This document shows positions 59,291 to 64,000 of a stretch of DNA of 64,000 bases, in pieces (positions within the stretch are counted from its first letter, which is position 1; each line of letters starts with the position of its first letter). The notes under the pieces were generated by a model that saw nothing but the letters and a program-made list of their open reading frames with translations, was not told the DNA's origin and made no database searches. The position numbers and the translations under genes were made by a program. The DNA is from a bacterium (GTDB lineage Bacteria > Patescibacteriota > Minisyncoccia > Phycocordibacterales > UBA12079): positions 1,073 to 65,072 of the forward strand of contig DAOWHH010000016.1 in NCBI GenBank assembly GCA_030641525.1. The letters run 5' to 3'.

Positions 59291-60788
59291 TGAAACGCAA
59301 AAAATTATTGAAATAATGCTAAAGGATATAAAAGTGAGAAGAAGTATTGCGAGAGAAAATCACTTATTATTTTTCAGTGCTTACTTTGGACATTATATGG
59401 AATATGAATTTGCAGATTTTCACCGAGAAATGTTTGATTTAAGCTCTAATGAAAATATTCAAACACTTGTAATCACCGCGGCTCGAGGAATTGGTAAATC
59501 AACTATTCTTAATATGAGTTTAGCTATTTGGTCGATACTTGGAAGACGAAGAAAAAAGTTTGTTATTATCCTCAGTCATACTCAAGCAAAAGCACGACAA
59601 CATTTCAATAACTTAAGAAAAGAGTTTGAAGAAAATAAATTACTTCAAAGTGATTTAGGACCTTTCAAAGAAGACAGTGGTGAATGGGGATCATCTTTGG
59701 TCCTTCCTCATTACGATGCTCGTATAACTTTTGCTTCAACCGAGCAAAGTATCCGTGGGATGCGTCACAAACAACATAGACCTGATTTGATTATTGCAGA
59801 CGACTTAGACGATAATGATTCGATAAAGACATTGGACGGAAGAAATAAAACATATGACTGGCTAACGAAAGATATTATTCCTGCAGGAGAAACAAATACA
59901 AAGTTGGTTATAGTTGGAACACTTCTTCATGAAGATTCAATCATGATGAGACTAAAGAAAGAAATATTAGAAGGAAAAAGAACTGGTGAGTATAGAGAAT
60001 ATCCACTTGTCGATGATAATGGATTAATACTTTGGAAAAGTAAGTACCCAAATAAATTAGCTTTGGAAGCAGAGAGGTTAAGAATTGGTAATGAAAAGTC
60101 TTGGTGCCAAGAATATCTTTTAAAGATTGTTTCTGATGCTGATAGGGTTATCCACCCAGAATGGATTCGATATCATGAAGAAATTCCTAGTAGGACACCA
60201 GAAAATAGTTATCGCTATACTTTTACAGCAATTGACTTAGCAATTTCAGAAAGAGAACGGGCTGATTGTACTGCTATGGTTTCAGCTAGTGTGTATGGTT
60301 ATGGTGAAAATATGAGAATATATATTTTGCCAAATCCAATTAATGAGCGTTTGGATTTTCCAAGTGCAATAGAAAAAGCTAAATTACTTTCATTAAGTCT
60401 TTCTCATAATGGAAAGAAAACAAGACTTGTTATTGAGGATAATATGTATCAAAGGGCTTTTCCACAAATGCTACAAAAAGATAGATACCCTGCAGAGGGA
60501 GTCCAGTCTGTCGGAGATAAGCGAACTCGCTTAACACTCATAAACCCAACAGTGAAAGCGGGGCAAGTATTATTTCCAAAAGAAGGAACTGAAACTTTGA
60601 TTCAACAACTTATTGGTTTTGGAGTAGAGCGATACGATGACTTAGCTGATGCTTTTGCAATTCTTGTTGGAGAAGTTATGAAAAATAACCCCAACAGATC
60701 ATTTAGTGAAAGTGCTCAAAAAATGATAGAGATAAATGGGTGGGATAAAGAAGATGGAGAGATTCCGATTCTTTATAAGCAATATTAA
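59283..60788 (+). CDS. Terminase large subunit
   Basis: AARGIGKST Walker A, RG..H..RPDLIIADD Walker B, VGT, QEY, AIDLAIS and DDLADA RNase H-like nuclease. Confidence 0.85.
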   Translation: MTDETQKIIEIMLKDIKVRRSIARENHLLFFSAYFGHYMEYEFADFHREMFDLSSNENIQTLVITAARGIGKSTILNMSLAIWSILGRRRKKFVIILSHTQAKARQHFNNLRKEFEENKLLQSDLGPFKEDSGEWGSSLVLPHYDARITFASTEQSIRGMRHKQHRPDLIIADDLDDNDSIKTLDGRNKTYDWLTKDIIPAGETNTKLVIVGTLLHEDSIMMRLKKEILEGKRTGEYREYPLVDDNGLILWKSKYPNKLALEAERLRIGNEKSWCQEYLLKIVSDADRVIHPEWIRYHEEIPSRTPENSYRYTFTAIDLAISERERADCTAMVSASVYGYGENMRIYILPNPINERLDFPSAIEKAKLLSLSLSHNGKKTRLVIEDNMYQRAFPQMLQKDRYPAEGVQSVGDKRTRLTLINPTVKAGQVLFPKEGTETLIQQLIGFGVERYDDLADAFAILVGEVMKNNPNRSFSESAQKMIEINGWDKEDGEIPILYKQY

Positions 60789-61151
60789 TTATTTTTTACA
60801 AATATGATCTCGTATATGATTTACGAGTTTCTTTACGCTATCATCTTGTCTTATAATCCATTTCATTTTTACTTTATTACCAGAAGCAAAAAATGAAATA
60901 GTATGACCCATTATTCCTTTACCTACTTCAATTGAAGATATGTTCGAGTATGGAAATACTTCAAGTTCGTAACCAATAAGTTTTTTTGCAAAGAAGACCA
61001 AGCGATCATCTGTTGTTAAAAAAATACCTTTCCGTGCTGTTTTTTGACCAAACCTTTCAATTTCATATGAGCCAAGAACTACAGTAAGAATATTTTCATT
61101 TATATCTAAATGTTCTTTTACCTTTTCTGTTAACTTGTTTATTTTTGACAT
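60789..61151 (-). CDS. Bacterial PH-domain protein
   Basis: GIFLTTDDRLVFF, FPYSNISSIEVGKG. Confidence 0.75.
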   Translation of the reverse strand: MSKINKLTEKVKEHLDINENILTVVLGSYEIERFGQKTARKGIFLTTDDRLVFFAKKLIGYELEVFPYSNISSIEVGKGIMGHTISFFASGNKVKMKWIIRQDDSVKKLVNHIRDHICKK

Positions 61152-61155
61152 ATTT

Positions 61156-61316
61156 CTTTAGCGGATTTAAAAACGGTGGAAGTCTTTAGAATTACAAAAG
61201 ACTCCTCGCCATCGCGAATGAACCGAAGCTCATCCCATATGGGTTTCCCCACATGACCGCTAAAGTGACTCTGGACGAGGAGTCTTTTATACTTTAGCGG
61301 ATTTTTCAACCATGCC
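61156..61316 (-). ncRNA. c4/CI-like antisense RNA with flanking target boxes
   Basis: AATCCGCTAAAG occurs twice around a 13-bp-stem structure containing CTTTAGCGG. Confidence 0.6.
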
Positions 61317-61507
61317 TTATAAAAATTTTATAAGGGTTAGGTCTACTACTAATATTCAATTGTTAATTAACATAATACCGTATCTTTACAGTATTATCCA
61401 TACACCTTATCGCAAATCCTTTGTTTTGCTAAGGGAAGTTGCCAACAAGTTGTCGACGCCACATCGCTTAGCAAGAGACTCTTTCTCTGTCATTAATATA
61501 TATATAT

Positions 61508-62827
61508 ATGGAAACGAATACATTTTCACAACAAACCAAGTCGGCAGTAATTCCAGACATTAAGATGAAGTATTGCCTATATGCTCGAAAAAGTACTGAA
61601 TCAGACGAACGACAAGCCCTGTCTATTGATTCTCAAGTCAAAGAGATGTTACAGATAGCAGAAAGAGAGGGTCTCGAGATTATAGATATTAGAAGAGAAT
61701 CAAAATCAGCTAAAGACTCGAATAATAGACCTGTATTTAAAGAATTACTTCGTGATATATCGGAAGGACGATTTAACGCTATCCTCACATGGGCACCTGA
61801 TAGATTATCAAGAAATGCAGGTGATCTTGGTTCTGTTGTTGATTTAATGGATGCAAAAAAACTTATAGGTATTCGTACTTATGGGCAAACTTTTTCTAAT
61901 TCTCCAAACGAAAAATTTCTCTTGATGATTCTTTGTTCTCAGGCAAAACTAGAAAATGATAATAGAGGTATAAATGTAAAAAGAGGATTACGAACAAGAT
62001 GTGAAATGGGATTATGGCCGACCTGTCCACCCACTGGGTATTTTAAAGAAAAAAGAATGGATCGAAAATGTGAATGTCTTATTGATGAAGAAAGAGCCCC
62101 TGTTATAAAACAAATATTTGAGAAAGTGGCTTATGAGAAATGGTCTGGAAGAAAAATTTATCACTGGCTTAGGTTTGATTTGAATTTTAGAACAGAAGCT
62201 GGAAAGAAACATTTTAGTCTAGGTAATATTTATCGGATGTTAGAGAATCCATTTTATTATGGAACTTTTGAATATCCCAGAGGATCAGGCAATTGGTACA
62301 AAGGAAAACACGAGCCAATAATCACCAAAGAACTTTTTGATTTAGTACAAGGTCAAGTAAAGAATTCTCAACTTGTTAGAAAAGAAAATATTGAATTTGC
62401 CTTTACCAAAATTATGAAATGCGGACTTTGTGGATCTGGAATTTCAGCAACTGAAAAATTCAAAAAATTAAAAAGTGGAGATTTTAATCGACATGTTTAC
62501 TATGGTTGTACAAAAGCGAAAGATAAATATTGTAAATGTGGGTTTATAAACGAAAACAATCTTATTCAACAGCTACAGAACTTGGTTGATGAGATACAGA
62601 TGGACGAAACAGGCGTTCTTAAGAAAATAAAAGCGGAGGTGGCTCGCTATAAAAAATTCCAAGCAACCCTATTGGGGAATGAGATGGATACCGTGGTGTC
62701 TGACGTAGATACTAGGGATTATGTGAAATTCCTGATTAAGAACGGCACTCTTGAAGAGAAGCGAGAGATTATGTTGTGCTTCACGTCTAGTATTAGCTTA
62801 AAAAATGGAAAAATTGGCTTAAAATAA
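61508..62827 (+). CDS. Large serine recombinase (resolvase + recombinase + Zn ribbon)
   Basis: YARKSTE, DRLSRN, PTGY, NPFYYG, HEPIIT, CGLCG, YYGC. Confidence 0.93.
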   Translation: METNTFSQQTKSAVIPDIKMKYCLYARKSTESDERQALSIDSQVKEMLQIAEREGLEIIDIRRESKSAKDSNNRPVFKELLRDISEGRFNAILTWAPDRLSRNAGDLGSVVDLMDAKKLIGIRTYGQTFSNSPNEKFLLMILCSQAKLENDNRGINVKRGLRTRCEMGLWPTCPPTGYFKEKRMDRKCECLIDEERAPVIKQIFEKVAYEKWSGRKIYHWLRFDLNFRTEAGKKHFSLGNIYRMLENPFYYGTFEYPRGSGNWYKGKHEPIITKELFDLVQGQVKNSQLVRKENIEFAFTKIMKCGLCGSGISATEKFKKLKSGDFNRHVYYGCTKAKDKYCKCGFINENNLIQQLQNLVDEIQMDETGVLKKIKAEVARYKKFQATLLGNEMDTVVSDVDTRDYVKFLIKNGTLEEKREIMLCFTSSISLKNGKIGLK

Positions 62828-62913
62828 GCCCTATAAAGTTTTCCATGCAACAGTTTTCCACATTTTGTCCCTTTTATCTATATATTTGTCCCACATTATG
62901 CTACAATACTAGT

Positions 62914-63966
62914 ATGAAAGAGCAAATACAAAAAAAAAATATCCTCAATCTTATTAAATATCACGCCGAGAAGAACGATTCTGGCTTCAAAAAAGAAGCG
63001 TACGATATGGCCAGATATTTTGACTCCATCGGTGACTCGGAGCTAGCTCAGTATATCATGGCGTTACTCTCTGGTACCAATACCTTCGTTCCTCAAGACA
63101 ACGAGTATAACCTACCGTTTTTTAGCAAGATAAATCTTTCAGCTAGCAGTACTCTACCGCTCCCGTCACAGATACAGAAAGACGTGATAGGCATCATTAA
63201 TTCAATTGGCCACAAAGCTGATATTACCAAGTTCCTATTCGAAGGTGAGCCTGGTACTGGTAAGACTGAGACGGTTAAGCAAGTGGCTCGTATTCTTGAG
63301 CGTGAGTTGTATATTATCGACTTTGATACAGTAATTGATAGCAAGCTCGGTCAAACGTCAAAAAACCTCGCTTCGGTTTTTGTAGAATTAAAAAATCTAC
63401 CACAACCAGAGCGAGTTATTGTACTATTTGATGAGATAGATGCTATTGCTCTTGATCGAGTAAACTCAAACGACTTACGAGAAATGGGCCGAGTGACTTC
63501 TTCGATGCTTAAAGGCCTTGATGGTCTGAGTGATGATGTTGTTCTTATCGCCACCACTAATTTGTATAGCCAATTCGACAAGGCATTATTTCGACGTTTT
63601 GACATGATTGTCAATTTCAACCGATACAGTGATGAAGACTTGGTTGAGGTTGCTGAGTCCATCCTTGGTCAGTTTCTAACGAAATTTAAATCGGCAGGTC
63701 GTAATAAACGACTATTCCGTAAAATTCTCCTGACCATGGAGCATATACCGTACCCTGGCGATCTCAAGAACATGATTAAAATCGCTTTAGCTTTTAGTGA
63801 CCCTCAGAGTGAGTATGATTATTTAAAGAAAATGTATGAAGCGATACATTCTGAGAAAGATGCACTTGATTTGAAAGTACTTCAGAGTAAAGGATTCACT
63901 GTTCGTGATATTGAAATTCTTACCGATAAATCGAAGAGTCAAGTGGCCAGAGATTTAAATATATAA
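62914..63966 (+). CDS. AAA+ ATPase, IetA-like
   Basis: GEPGTGKT, FDEIDAIA, ATTN, ALFRRFD; start at MKEQIQ after TGCTACAAT. Confidence 0.85.
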   Translation: MKEQIQKKNILNLIKYHAEKNDSGFKKEAYDMARYFDSIGDSELAQYIMALLSGTNTFVPQDNEYNLPFFSKINLSASSTLPLPSQIQKDVIGIINSIGHKADITKFLFEGEPGTGKTETVKQVARILERELYIIDFDTVIDSKLGQTSKNLASVFVELKNLPQPERVIVLFDEIDAIALDRVNSNDLREMGRVTSSMLKGLDGLSDDVVLIATTNLYSQFDKALFRRFDMIVNFNRYSDEDLVEVAESILGQFLTKFKSAGRNKRLFRKILLTMEHIPYPGDLKNMIKIALAFSDPQSEYDYLKKMYEAIHSEKDALDLKVLQSKGFTVRDIEILTDKSKSQVARDLNI

Positions 63967-63970
63967 GATT

Positions 63971-64000
63971 ATGAATGATATTCTCCAATTAAAAGGAAAT
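63971..64000 (+). CDS. Start of the downstream gene, possibly an S8 peptidase partner
   Basis: ATG 4 bp after the ATPase stop, MNDILQLKGN; identity inferred from the usual AAA + S8 pairing. Confidence 0.4.
   Translation, partial: MNDILQLKGN

Larger units (their letters stand above)
53495..64000. mobile_element. Integrative phage-derived element or island (LexA, ParB-MTase, TerS/TerL, serine recombinase, cargo), continuing beyond the window
   Basis: Gene content plus a tRNA 3' fragment at the left side; exact boundaries inferred. Confidence 0.7.

Noticed and set aside
1-64000. Alternative genetic code (TGA = Gly/Trp)
   Set aside because: Conserved genes are full length under code 11, and TGA ends genes such as mod and abiH at sensible positions
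45847-64000. Retron or diversity-generating retroelement explaining the structured RNAs
   Set aside because: No reverse transcriptase ORF and no adenine-specific TR/VR repeat pair seen in the window

Overview
Low-GC bacterial chromosome segment whose gene set and architecture (mraZ-rsmH-ftsL-pbp-murF, short SMC, compact ValS, leaderless-type promoters, many orphans) resemble Patescibacteria/CPR (Parcubacteria-like); this taxonomy is inferred, and standard code 11 is used. Core genes (murF, PBP, rsmH, mraZ, rnr, smc, topA, ybeY, ftsA, ftsZ, trxB, tsaD, valS, mltG, leuS, ychF, pfkB, transketolase, xth) and two tRNAs (Glu-TTC, Ser-CGA) alternate with accessory blocks. These are an orphan cluster plus a Type III R-M locus downstream of tRNA-Glu, and, from about 45.8 kb to the window end, a defence/integrative island (NYN, HEPN-like, UvrD, AbiH, HNH, DNase I, LexA, ParB-MTase, terminase pair without capsid, large serine recombinase, AAA ATPase plus the start of a probable S8 protease). 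The most unusual signals are non-coding: (1) three ~93-bp conserved-end repeats punctuating the defence genes like cassette boundaries; (2) three copies of a covarying multi-stem element attached to duplicated tRNA 3' ends; (3) several palindromic mini-element families, some inserted in frame in leuS, tsaD and rnr; (4) a c4/CI-like antisense architecture; (5) single genes bracketed by long direct repeats. rnr and ftsA both carry a one-base frameshift at an identical TC-A7-T run. All calls were made by eye, without database searches.
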